Positions 50,611 to 63,090 of a DNA stretch of 64,000 nt are shown here, piece after piece. This DNA is from Octopus sinensis (taxonomy: Eukaryota), in NCBI RefSeq assembly GCF_006345805.1, contig NC_043009.1, forward strand, positions 9,982,001 through 10,046,000. The letters run 5' to 3'. Every line of letters begins with the position of its first letter. Position 1 is the stretch's first letter. The notes under the pieces were generated by a model that saw nothing but the letters and a program-made list of their open reading frames with translations, was not told the origin of the DNA and searched no databases. The position numbers and the translations under genes were made by a program.

Positions 50611-53600
50611 ATATATATATACACACATGTTTATGTGTATATGTATGATTTTGGAGGGATATATTATCTGGATGGATACAGTATTATCTGTGAGTTCAGT
50701 TCCAGTTGATGGCTAACCACAACGTTCAGTATTCAACATTTGTTAGTCCTTCTGTGAATCTTTCAATTGGTAATTCCGTCTGCTAGACTGTAAAGTTTGT
50801 CTGGTGTATATATGAATATTGATGATAATAAAGAGTATGGAGAATTGTACATGCACAAAAATTATTTTATAATTATATACAGCATATTGTAATGACCTGC
50901 ATGTGTTTCCGCTGCAGCGGATTTTCACTTTTGCAAATGCAGCCTTGCAGTAGTGTCAGTGCAGCTTCATCAGGGTCCGTGCATTTGGTCATTCTCCCAT
51001 GACCCACCAGAATATCAGATGTTGTAACATTTCACTGGTCACTATGTGCTTTACGTCATTTTAGCCTTTGAATGGTGTCACTTTGCTAGCAAGGCAAGCG
51101 GGCTAACATCCCACCCTGATCGAAAGGGATACTGGAGCAATGTGAAACGAAGGGTTTTGCTCAAAAACACAACATGCTGCCTGGTCTGGGAATCGAACCT
51201 ACAATCTAGCGATTGTGAGTGCACTTTCACACACACACATACACACACAGCTTCTCTAATTTTTTACGTACCAAATCCATTTTGGTTCACCTGAGACTGT
51301 AGTAGAAGACATGGTGCCCCATGGTGGAAGTGAACTTGAAACCTGGTCCATAACAGCCTGGCCTCTATCTTTTGTCCTATCCAGCATGGGTATCCCCTCC
51401 CCTGCCAGGAGCTAGTGCTCCGTTAGCATAGCTTTCAAGGTCATTGAGGCACACTATCCCCAGCATGGGTTGGATCTTGTGTCTGGTGGGTTGGTATCAA
51501 AAGGGTTAATGCAAGCAAGCCTTTGGTAAAATAAACATAAGACAACACGACAAAGTGAGACCTCTTAAATTACAAATTAAATTAGGATCCATCTGATAGG
51601 CTTCTGCACAGTTTCTAACTCCCCAATTTTACTCAGAAGGCTCAAGTCAAACAAAGGCTTTGGTAAATGACACTTGTTCAAGATATCATGCAATGGGATT
51701 GAACCCAGAACCTCAAGATTGTGAAGTGAACTTCTTAACCCTTTGTCCATGTTGCATCATACACAGGCTACATCAACTCTAAAGTTACTATATTTCCTAT
51801 TTCTTTATTGCCCACAAGGGGCTAAACATAGAGGGGACAAACAAGGACAGACAAAGGGATTAAGTCGATTACATCGACCGCCGTGTGTAACTGGTACTTA
51901 ATTCATTGACCCTGAAAGGATGAAAGGCAAAGTCGACCTCAGCAGAATTTGAACTCAGAATGTAATGGCAAACGAAATACTGCTAAGCATTTTGCCCGGC
52001 GTGCTAACGGTTCTGCCAGCTCGCTGCCTTACCATATTTACTAAATAGTTACTATATTTCCTGTCAATGTTTTCAGACAAATTCAAATTACAACCTCCAG
52101 CTGTATGCTGGTTGCCTTATTAGGCCCAAATTTTTATGCTGGGTTGCAAGTAGTTATGACTGTTCCTCAAGGACTAAAAACTTTACCTGTCCTTGCTGTA
52201 ACCATCATTAATAGCTTCTAAATTAGACAGGCCAGTGACAAAGCCCTCTTTATAAACATTTGATATAATAGAAGCGATAGTGAAATCTTCTTCAAGTTAA
52301 ATGGTTAAATTTAAGGCCAAGGTGGTGCTCCAGCATGGCTGTAGTCAAATGAGTTGGTAATTCCTAACAGCACCTGCACACTACAACCACTGCATAACAG
52401 AAAGTGCAGATATGAAATGGGGGATAAAAAAGGCTCGTCATCAGCCCATGTCTTTTGAAATTGTTTTTTAACCCCAAGTCAGCCCTGACTTTGAAGACCT
52501 CTGATAAAGGACATTCCAGCTATGACCATCTCATTGTGTTATCTAGGACTACATTAGCTAATGGGTCCTTTGCCTACTTAAAATGGCAGGGAGATTTGGC
52601 TGTGATTTCCAGCAGGTTAAATGAACATATAGAGGCTCCCTTTAGTACTATTCAGTATGTGGCTCACATTGTTATTGTTTAACCTTTTAACATTCAGATT
52701 ACTCTGTCAAATGTATGTTTTCTTTATTCTCATTGTTTTACATTACTCATACATTATTCATACCTTTGAGTTTCAATATTTCAGTGATCTGACTTTGTGT
52801 TTAGAATGACATCATAGGACAGGTGTAAGAGTCGAGTTCTGGCCAGTTTGAACATGACACAAGGAGAATATTTAGATCAAATATGATCTGTTTAAATATT
52901 AAAAGATTAGCTCAGGTTACCTCTGATCCAGCAAACATCAGATTAAAGACACCCCAATTGTAATCATCCTCTCTGTTCTTGCAAGCACAGAGTATCCAAA
53001 GCTGTATTATCTGATCTGTTCTTCCTTCTTAAAAAAAAAAAAAAACCCTCATTAAAAAGTGTGTGGTTTGAAAGGTATTTAGCTGCTATTTCTCCTTTGT
53101 ATAACTGTCTTCTCTGAAACTGACCAGCTTGATGACTTAGTTGTCAGACTGTTAATTCATTTTGATAAATGAGACAGCCAGATGGACAGTAGATAAATTG
53201 ATGTTACTCAAGGGGCCTTGTTCAGTCAGCTCTTTGTTTTAAAATTGTGATATATGACTAAGAGAGAAATAAAGATTTGTAGTTTGTTGAAATAGAGAGA
53301 AAGCCAAGACTTTCTTTTTGCTGTTGCTATTATAGTGGGTGGTAAGTTCAATACCTGGCTCAGTTTCTATTAAATATTAAGTTAAATTCGTCTGTCTTTA
53401 TGTTCTGAGTTCAAATTCTGCCGAGGCTGACTTTGCCTTTCATCCTTTCGGGGTCGATAAATTAAGTACCAGTTGTTTTACTTCTATTCCTGAGCGCCAT
53501 ACTAATACATTATTTGTTTGTACTCCACCTGCCTTCGTCTTTTGTTTATTTTCGTAAACCTGCCTTCGTCTTTTGTTTATTTTTGTAAACCTTCCCGTTA

Positions 53601-53643
53601 TATATATATATATATATACATCTGTGTTATTTATATTTTGCAG

Positions 53644-53815
53644 ATTGCCAAAGCAATATGGTGGTTTTATGTTTCCAAGCTGATAGAAATGCTTGACACA
53701 GTTTTCTTCATTTTGCGCCAAAAGAACGAACAGATAACATTTCTTCACGTCTACCATCACGTCACTATGTTCCCTATATGGTGGATTGGGACCAAATGGG
53801 TCGCTGGTGGCCAGT
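53644..53815 (+). CDS. elovl4: Elovl4-like exon, 172 bp, with KxxExxDT and the [10 protein letters not shown] histidine box
   Basis: ttttgcag| acceptor and T|gtaagt donor. Translates [58 protein letters not shown] at -5 and L at -1 of HxxHH is the PUFA-elongase signature. Confidence 0.97.
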
Positions 53816-54199
53816 GTAAGTATAACAGTCATTGAAAAGACCGAAACATTCATTGGGATGTATTATTAAATCGACACCCATCTCTCCAACAATATTCTAA
53901 ATGTGGGGCTGTATTTGATGCTATTTATCCTAATACACTTCACATAGTATCCCTCTTCTTCCCCCTCCACCTCCTCAATTTTCCCCCTCCTATTCCTCCT
54001 CCTTTTCTGCTGCCTCTTCCTCTTCTTCCACTTCCTCTGTCTTCTCCTTTTCCTCCTCTTCCTCCTTGGCATTGCTTGGAGAACTTCTTCTGGACTCTGT
54101 CCCACAGCAAACTTGTCATATAAACAAACCACATACAGTATGTATGTGCGACCAATAATGTTTACATTGTTAGAGCTGCTTTTAATTTGTAATATATAT

Positions 54200-54597
54200 C
54201 TCTTTCTCTTTTTCTCTTTTTACTTGTTTCAGTCATTTGACTGCGGCCCTGCTGGAGCACCGCCTTTAGTCGAGCAAATTGACCCCGGGACTTATTCTTT
54301 GTAAGCCTAGTACTTATTCTATCGGTCTCTTTTGCCGAACCGCTAAGTGACGGGGACGAAAACACACCAGCATCGGTTGTCAAGCAATGCTAGGGGGACA
54401 AACACATACACACATATATATATATATATACATATATACGGCGGGCTTCTTTCAGTTTCCGTCTACCAAATCCACTCACAAGGCTTTGGTCGGCCCGAGG
54501 CTATAGTAGAAGACACTTGCCCAAGGTGCCACGCAGTGGGACTGAACCCAGAACCATGTGGTTGGTAAACAAGCTAGTTACTATACAGCCATTCCTT
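54200..54597 (-). mobile_element. SINE family A copy
   Basis: Full-length reverse-complement match. Confidence 0.87.
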
Positions 54598-55274
54598 GAA
54601 AATCATAATCCTTATCATAGTCCTTGAAAATGTGGGATTGTCATAGCACCCACTATGAGTAAAACCAGTAAAGACACGACTATCTCTGACCACCTACTAC
54701 ATACTCTGGTTCTTCACGTACATCACTTTACTTATAGTGACTAGGTTATTCCCTTCATCTCTCCTTTTAAGTTTTTCTTAGGAAGTGTCATTTTATTTAG
54801 CAATAATTTATTTTTATTCACCCCACCTTCCTTTTTTGAGTCTTTTTTTTTTCCGTACAATTTAATACTTTTGTGCATGGCATCTATTTTCAGGAACTCT
54901 ATTTGTTTTCTTTACCTCTTATTTGTACGTCTAGATTCAATCATCTGCAGTGGTGTTGATACTTGGAATGTACTGTACAACCATTCCATCAGTTCCTCCG
55001 ACTTCTTTGGTTGGCTTTCCACAAATCTCTTTTTCAGTTGGTTCCTGTGTCTCTTTTGTATGCTCAAAGTCCTCCTCATAATCCTTTACTCCCGAAAGAT
55101 ACTCTGGGTCTACCACCACACAATGAATGTACTGACAATCTCCTAACTTCTGTTATATTCACTTTTATCGCTCTGTCCCATGAGCCTGCCTCAATATAAA
55201 GTTTTTCATTTTGTCTGTTGTATCAGATATAGCAGATCATTAATTGTAAATCTAAATCAGCCGTTATAACACTG

Positions 55275-55696
55275 TGTAACAAAATTTAAATTTGTTTTTG
55301 TTATTTCCTAAGTGTTATATCTTATTTGCTTCTATCTAGAAATCAATGGAAATGATTATTTTTCCCTTCAAACTTTGCTTTTGTGACCTGGACATCAATG
55401 TTTTGAAACTGACCTATTTTTCATTACATTTCAGACAGATTCAGCATTGAGTTGCTGAAAGAAAATTTTCTAGAACTTTCAGGAAATTTCTAAAAGTTTC
55501 AAGTATTTCTTGAACATTCTGGCAACATAGATGGTGGTATAAAATACCAAAGATCAATAGTTCAGTTTACTTCTAGCTGTCCACATGGAAACAAGTGGAC
55601 GAAAGGCTGAAGGAAATATTAGCCTTTTTTTCATACTTTTTAGGGATAAACAAATAAAAAATAACCGTTTTATCCAAAGACAAAAATCATGTTACA
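55275..55696 (+). mobile_element. Probable solo LTR (about 420 bp)
   Basis: TGTAAC...GTTACA inverted termini overlapping an ACTGT direct repeat, internal TATAAAA (about 55538) and AATAAA (about 55653). Confidence 0.6.
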
Positions 55697-55757
55697 CTGT
55701 TTAAACATCTGCATAATTGTATATTGGTATTTAACTATTGTTTCTTTAATTTTACAG

Positions 55758-55885
55758 CATTTTTAGGAGCATTACTGAACTCTTCTATTCACGTTATGAT
55801 GTATTCCTATTACGGTCTATCTGCACTTGGTCCAGCAATGCAGAAGTACCTTTGGTGGAAGCGCTATCTCACAATTGTGCAGCTG
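55758..55885 (+). CDS. elovl4: Elovl4-like exon, 128 bp, with NxxxHxxMYxYY and KYLWWKRYLT
   Basis: ttttacag| acceptor and CTG|gtttgt donor. Translates SFLGALLNSSIHVMMYSYYGLSALGPAMQKYLWWKRYLTIVQL. Confidence 0.97.
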
Positions 55886-56967
55886 GTTTGTATATTATTT
55901 CATAAATTCTCCTATATTTTACCTTTGTCTTTTCTGTGACGTACAATGAAGAGAATGATGTAATTCTAACAGCTTCATCATCATCATCGATTTATGTCTG
56001 CCCTCCATGATGGTATGGGTCGGGAAGATTGACAGGAGCTGGCCAAACCGGAGCCAGTACCTGTCTTCTATTTCTGCCTTGGCAGAGTTGTTATGGCTGG
56101 ATGCCCTTCCTAGCTCCTACCACCCAGCAGAGTGGACTGAGGGATTTTTACGGGGCACCTCATCATCATTATTTATGTAATGTCCATTTTCCATGCTGGT
56201 ATGGGTTGGACCTGAGTTACGTAATGAAAAGTGAGGTAATGTGATATATGTGTGTTTATGAGTGTGTGTGTGTGTATGTATATATGAGAATTTAGCTATT
56301 TCTCCTACTATAAGAAGAGTCTCCCAGACAATGTATAAATTCTCTGGCTGCTATTTCTAAAAGTTCGATGTGTGGTAAAGTAAATTTTTTTTGCTGAACC
56401 CTAATTATATAAAGTAATGTTTAAATTTACCGTAAATGGTCCTTTTACATACTGAACACTGCTTGGTAAAATTATTAATTACTAATTAATTAATTTTACC
56501 CTTATTATTATTGACAATATATGTATATATGTATATATATAGCTTTTATCTTTCACTTGTTCCAGCCATTCAGCTGCAGCTTTGCTGGGGCACCGGCTTG
56601 GAAATTTTTTAGTTGAATGAATCAACCCATGTATTTTTTTCTTTTTACTAAGCTTGGTACTTATTCTATGGGTCTCTCTTGCTGAACTGCTAGGTTTCAG
56701 GGATGTAAACAAACCAATACCAGTTGTCAAGCAGTGGTGGTGGGGAAAAACACACATAAAGATACACATAGATCATCATCATCATCATCATCATCATTTA
56801 GCGTCCGTTTTCCATGCTAGCATGGGTTGGACGGTTCTACTGGGGTCTGTGAAGCCAGAAGGCTTCATCAGGCCCAGTCAAATCTGGCAGTGTTTCTACG
56901 GCTGGATGCCCTTCCTAACGCCAACCACTCCGTGAGTGTAGTGGGTGCTTTTTACGTGCCACCATAT

Positions 56968-57011
<44 letters not shown>

Positions 57012-57600
57012 TCAGTTTCCTTCTACCTGTTCCACTCATAAGGCTTTGGTCAGCTTGAAGTTATAGGAGAAAAGACTTGCCCAAGGTTCCACGCAGTGGA
57101 ACTGAACCCATAACCATGTGGTTAGGGAGCGAGCTTCTTACCACACAGTCATACCTGCACCCATATGTATATATAGTTGAATTATATTTGGGTAGAAAGC
57201 TTGTAGGATGCTGTATAAAGCTTGCCCACAGTTTTCGGCAACCTGATGTCAACAGCATTAGGGATGCATAATACTACTGGATTTACATAAGAAATTCATT
57301 GGGGTCTGTAGAGTTTTATATAAATAGATCAGAGACCGAAAATGGAATTCACGAGATTCTTCAATCAAATCTACTACAATTGTTTGGACGTGAAAGTTAC
57401 CTGAGGTGCAATATACACCTGTGATGTGAAACAGTGAATTGTACTGCATCAACACCAACTATCAAGCAGTGGTGACAAGCACACACACACACATTAGTAG
57501 TTAAAAAAATGTATGGTATACACTCGGTAGCTTGCTGGTAGAACACATTCACTGTCTCAGTGTTTGTTTGGTATTTGATTGATGAGAAAGATGGAAGATA

Positions 57601-57830
57601 TACTCTTTACTCTTTTACTTGTTTCAGTCATTTGACTGCGGCCATGCTGGAGCACCGCCTTTAGTCGAGCAAATTGACCCCGGGACTTATTCTTTGTAAG
57701 CCCAGTACTTATTCTATCGGTCTCTTTTGCCGAACCGCTAAGTGACAGGGACGTAAACACACCAGCATCGGTTGTCAAGCGATGTTGGAGTGACAGACAC
57801 AGACACACAAACATATACACACACACACAT

Positions 57831-57899
<69 letters not shown>

Positions 57900-58079
57900 C
57901 ATATATACATATATACGACAGGCTTCTTTCAGTTTCCGTCTACCAAATCCACTCACAAGGCTTTGGTCGGTCCGAGGCTATAGTAGAAGACACTTGCCCA
58001 AGATGCCACGCAGTGGGACTGAACCCGGAACCATGTGGTTGGTTAGCAAGCTACTTACCACACAGCCACTCCTGCGCCT
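57601..58079 (-). mobile_element. SINE family A copy
   Basis: Full-length reverse-complement match with long internal (TA)n. Confidence 0.87.
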
Positions 58080-58308
58080 ATGACAATATTTATTGATCAC
58101 TACAATTGTTTCGATTCATCTAGCATTAATTAGTTGTTTCATTGGTCATTGAGAAAATACACATCTACTTATGTCAGTACTTATGTTTGTATTTATGACT
58201 GTACAACTGCTATGAGTATACCAGCCAGATCTAGTGAACAGCACAACAGAATCTGACTCCCCACCAAACGGTGTCGTGACACTAGCAAGTAATAGGCAAT
58301 GACTTTAT

Positions 58309-58829
58309 ATCATCATCTGAAAAAGATTTTATAACTAGAAAGGGTATGGCCTGGTCAGCCTGTAATGATATGCATAAGATCTGGTCATCAAATCTAAGTA
58401 GAGATTTCAAACTCAAAATCTTCACAGCCACAGTCGAACCAATTCTACTATATGGCTCAGAAACCTGGACGTTATCAAAGAAGCTTGAGAGGCGGTTGGA
58501 TGGAACTTACACTCGCCTCCTTATGAGAGCTCAAAATCTCTCGTGGAAGCATCATCCGACCAAAGTACAAATATATGGGAAATTACCACCTGTATCATCT
58601 CTTGTGAAAGGTAGGAGAGTCCAGTTTGCTGGACATTGTTGTAGAGCTGAAAAAGAGGTAATTTCTACTCTTCTCGCGATACCAGAGGGCGTACACTCTC
58701 CTACCCTGATGTAATCTCCAGGGATAGAGGCATCCAGCAACAGGACCTCCGTAATGCCATGATGGACCGTGAGGCCTGGCGTAGCATGGTAAATTCCATT
58801 GTCTCGACCACGGTCGAACAATGATGATG
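58309..58829 (+). mobile_element. 5'-truncated RTE-clade LINE
   Basis: ILLYGSETWTL...RRVQFAGHCCR motifs, (TGA)n tail, and 10-bp TSD ATGACTTTAT (58299-58308 / 58830-58839). Confidence 0.9.
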
Positions 58830-59002
58830 ATGACTTTATTAATATCTACTTAATTCTGTGTGTGTGAGCCTATGTGCTCCAAGCTACATGTGTGTGTGTG
58901 CTTGTATGTGCATTTGTATGAGTGAGTGTACATGTGCCAGACCATGTATGTGTGGGCATTTATACATCCATATCTACTGATGGTTCTATCTAATATTTTG
59001 TG

Positions 59003-59480
59003 ATCATCATCATCATCGTTTAATGTCTGCGTTCCATGGTAGCATGGGTTGGACGATTTGACTGAGGTCTGGCAAACCAGAAGGCTGCATCAGACTCGAA
59101 TCTGATCTGGTAGAGTTTCTACAGCTGGATGCCCTTCCTATTGCCAACCACTCCGAGAATGTAGTGGGTGCTTTTGCATGCCACTGGCACGAGGGCCAGT
59201 CAGGTGGTACTGGCAACGGCGATGCTCAAATGGTGCTTTTTATGTGCCACCTGTGCAGGAGCCAGTCCAGTGGCACTGGCAATAACCTGGTTTGATTGTT
59301 TCTTCACGTGCCACCAGCACAAGTGCCAGTATGGTGACGCAGGTAACGATCATGCTCAAATAGTGCTTTTTACGTGCCACCGGCATGGAGGCCAGCTTGT
59401 TGCTCTGGCAATGATCACGCTCGTATGGTACTCTTAGCACTCCACTAGCACGGATGCCAGTCATCGGATTTGATTTTGAT
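59003..59480 (-). mobile_element. Family E LINE 3' end copy
   Basis: Reverse complement of 11512-11989, (TCA)n at the left end. Confidence 0.8.
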
Positions 59481-60068
59481 TTGTGATGTATTGTGTATTT
59501 GTTTCTTTTTGGATCTGATATTTGTTATAGATCTTCTATAAATATGAAGCTATATACCTTAATTTGCCATTTATATATATGAGGATCAAGAAGAAGTCTT
59601 GTAAAACAGTTTATTTTGATGAGATACCTGTTGAAATCACCTGAGGAAACGCATCTACACCGATGGATATATCTAAACCAGAAATTCAGTATCCCATCTG
59701 CGAGGGATAAGTTGAAACAATTGTAGTGATCAATAAAGATTCTCATATCTTCCATATTCCATCTCTCTCATTAATGTGACACACACACACAGACACACAC
59801 GCACGCACACACACACACATACAGAGGCTTCTTTCAGTTTCTGTCTACCACATCTACTTACAAGTCTTTGGTCAGCCTGATGCTATATGGTAGAAGACAC
59901 TTGCCCAAGGTGCCATGCAGTGGGATTGAACCTGGAACCACGTGGATGTGAAGCGAGCTTCTTACCACACGGCCACATTTGTGCCTAGTGAAATATGTTT
60001 TTGATTTATCTATATTTTAACTCTGCATCTTTCCTAATCTTAATTACTTTTTAATCTATCTTTTGCAG

Positions 60069-60221
60069 GTACAGTTTGTTGTTGGTATGATCCACGCTTC
60101 CCAGTCTCTCCTTTTAAGCTGTAATTTTCCTGTCTGGATGCACTGGGCACTTATCTTCTACGGGATGTCTTTGTTGCTATTGTTTCTTAACTTCTATTAT
60201 AAATCTTACATTCTTAAAAAG
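60069..60221 (+). CDS. elovl4: Elovl4-like exon, 153 bp (VQFVVGMIHASQ...LFLNFYYKSYILKK); 3' part of the gene incomplete
   Basis: ttttgcag| acceptor, completes TxxQxxQ, contains CxFPxWM and LFxNFY motifs. Probable donor AAG|gtaacc at 60221/2. Confidence 0.9.
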
Positions 60222-60394
60222 GTAACCTACAATATTTATTTTGCTGCAGTTTTCTTTTTAAAAAAGCAATTTATTGTATTCTCCGATATTGTTGTTGATG
60301 TTTGTTTTAGCTCCATGTGATCCCTGTTTCAAAAATACATGTAGTGTATACATGTAGTTGGTCCAAAGACTATATCCTATCCACTGATCTATTC

Positions 60395-60568
60395 TTTTAC
60401 TATTTTACTTGTTTGCTGGAGCATCCCCTTTAGTTGAGCAAATCGACCCCAGGTCTTATTCTTTGTAAGCCTAGTACTTATTCTATCGGTTCTTTGCTGA
60501 ACCGCTAAGTTACGGGGACGTAAACATACCAGCATCAGTTGTCAAGCGATGTTGGGGGTCAAACACAG

Positions 60569-60607
<39 letters not shown>

Positions 60608-60779
60608 CATATATACGACAGGCTTCTTTCAGTTTCCATCTACCAAATCCATTCACAAGCCTTTGGTTGACCCGAGGCTATAGTAGAAGACACTTACCCA
60701 AGGTGCCACACAGTGGGACTGAACCCAGATCCATGTGGTTGGTAAGCAAGCTACTTACCACACAGCCACTCCTGCACCT
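60395..60779 (-). mobile_element. SINE family A copy
   Basis: Reverse-complement match. Confidence 0.83.
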
Positions 60780-60962
60780 ATTGTTCAGATATTTCATGTC
60801 CCTTAGCCTGGTAGGGGACTGTATTATGCACTTTTACTTGTGGCACGTTATCATATCACCCTTGGGGGCCCCTATGAAATCCATGTAAAAGTTTGTTGTT
60901 AAAATTCAGGTGCAGTAAATAGCTTATACTTCTATAATAGACAAAATATTTTATATTATTTG

Positions 60963-61285
60963 TGAAGGTGCATGATTTAGTGGTTAGGGTATTTGGCTCA
61001 CAATCAGAAGGTTGTGAGTTCAATTCCCAGTGATGCGTTGTTTCCTTGAGCAAGATACTTTTTTTTCCTGTTGCTCTTGTCCACTCAGCTGGCAAAAATG
61101 TGTAGTACCTGTATTTCAAAGGGCCAGCTTTGTCACACTCTGTGTCATGCTGAATCTCCCTGAGAACTACGTTAAGGGTACACGTGTCGGTGGGGTGCTC
61201 AACCACATACACTTTAATTTCACACGTAAGCTGTTCCATTGATTGGATCAACTGGAATTCTTGTCGTCATAACTGACGGAGTACC
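60963..61285 (+). mobile_element. SINE with C-type head and an alternative tail; related copy at 19560-19875 (-)
   Basis: tRNA-like head plus CCTTGAGCAAGA core, followed by the tail GAATCTCCCTGAGAACTACGTTAAGGGTACACGTGTC shared with 19560-19875. Confidence 0.7.
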
Positions 61286-61985
61286 TGTAGTATTTTTAAA
61301 ACATTGAATGGCTGTAGGAGACCAGTAGAGCAAAATAGGAATCAAAGGGATCCATGAGCCCAAAATGGTTGAGCAGTTCCTCTCCCATTTCCTCTCTGGT
61401 GTATGTCTGGTGGTAGTCACAGCAGAGATAGGTGTCTGTTTATTACATAGCAGAGGACTCTTTAGCTCCGAAACATTTAAACTGGCCCATATCAGACCCA
61501 AATAGTTTACTTTGTCCTATGTTCAAACTGACCAGATCTAGCTTCTCACACCTACCCTACAACGTCGTTCTAAAAACAATCACATCATCCAAATCTCGAT
61601 GCAATAAGACAGTACGGTGAATGAATAAGCATTGCATTTGACAGAAAAATCTGGATGCTAAATGGTTAAGGTTGTAAATTAGTAGAATCTGTAGATATTG
61701 GTTACATAAGCATCACCATCACCATTTAACATCCAGTTACCATACTGCCATGGCTGGACGGTTTGACAGGATCTGACAAGTCATAGAGCTACACAAAGCC
61801 CTAAAGTGTATCTTTAACATGGTTTTTACAGCTGGATGCCTTTCCTAATGCCCATCACTTTAGTGTGTCTTTGTTCTGACTGTCTATGCTCTGTGTTCAT
61901 CCCTCTGGTGTTCTTGGACCTCACACTGTAGATTTCCTCTGCAAAACTGGGACGACTGTACCCGGTCTGAGAAGAAATGAGCCCT

Positions 61986-62221
61986 TATTTCTTTATTGCC
62001 CATATGGGGCTAAACATAGAGAGGACAAACAAGGACAGACGAAGGGATTAAGTCGATTACATTGTCTCCAGTGCGTAACTGGTAGTTAATTTATCCATCC
62101 CGAAAGGATGAAAGACAAAGTCAACCTTGGCAGAATTTGAACTCAGAACGTAACAGCAGACGAAATACCGCTAAGCATTTCGACCAGCCTGCTAACGTTT
62201 CTGCCAGCTCGCCACCTTATA
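61986..62221 (-). mobile_element. SINE family B monomer
   Basis: 16-bp TSD AGAAGAAATGAGCCCT (61970-61985 / 62222-62237). Confidence 0.87.
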
Positions 62222-62804
62222 AGAAGAAATGAGCCCTGCAATGTGGGGTTGCTGTTGCAGGGGGTGTTGCTGACCATTCTCTGCGGCAGTACCTATGCAA
62301 TTATGTCTGCAAGAGGTAGCTGAACGCACCATTCAGACTGGTGTGTACAACCTGTTACTCCCACCCCAATATCTTTTAATGCCTGAAGTAAAAATATTTG
62401 TCATCACCAGCCGTGTAATTTTCAGCCTGCTTCAGAGTCACTTTGTAACCCTCCAAATATTTTATTAAAAATTCAAGAAAGAAAAACTTATTGGTCACTT
62501 ACTGTTTCTTCTGTTTATAACGATTTGGGATTAGTCAGCTGCTTGTGAGTATCTACTTGTGTATAGCTTTGTACTCTTATAATTTGAAAGTACAGTCTTG
62601 TCTATCCTTTATGACAACACTGCACAACACTTGTGTATGCTTACAGTCGCTGAATTGTCGCAAGTCAGTAGAAGCTGTTGAAACGGAAATTGAACAGTAA
62701 ATCAAAAGTCTTCCTTCATTATTGTAGTGTACCTTCAACGAAAAATTACCTTGAAGTGTTTAGTAGTGCAGCCTATCTTATGACGAGCCATACCTAATGT
62801 GGTT

Positions 62805-63090
62805 GTGGAGGTGCAATGGCCCAGTGGTTAGGGCAGCGGACTCGCGGTTGGAGGATCGCGGTTTCGATTCCCAGACCGGGCGTTGTGTGTGTCTATTGAG
62901 CGAAAACACCTAAAAACTGTGGTGGCGACCCCTGTTGTACTCTTTAGTCCCAATTTTCTCTTACTCTTTCTTCCTGCTTCTTAAGTAACGCTGCGATGGA
63001 CTGGTGTCCCGTCCAGCTGGGGGAAACACATACGCCATAGAAACCAGGAAAGTGGGTCCATGAGCCTGGCTAAGCTTGAAAAGGGCACAT
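62805..63090 (+). mobile_element. SINE with family D head and a different 3' tail
   Basis: GGCCCAGTGGTTAGGGCAGCGGACTCGCGG...GGTTTCGATTCCC head shared with family D; sequence diverges after about 62980. Confidence 0.75.

Noticed and set aside
54937-55119. Acidic 60-aa minus-strand ORF
   Set aside because: Short, with no recognisable motif or splice context; probably decayed TE sequence.
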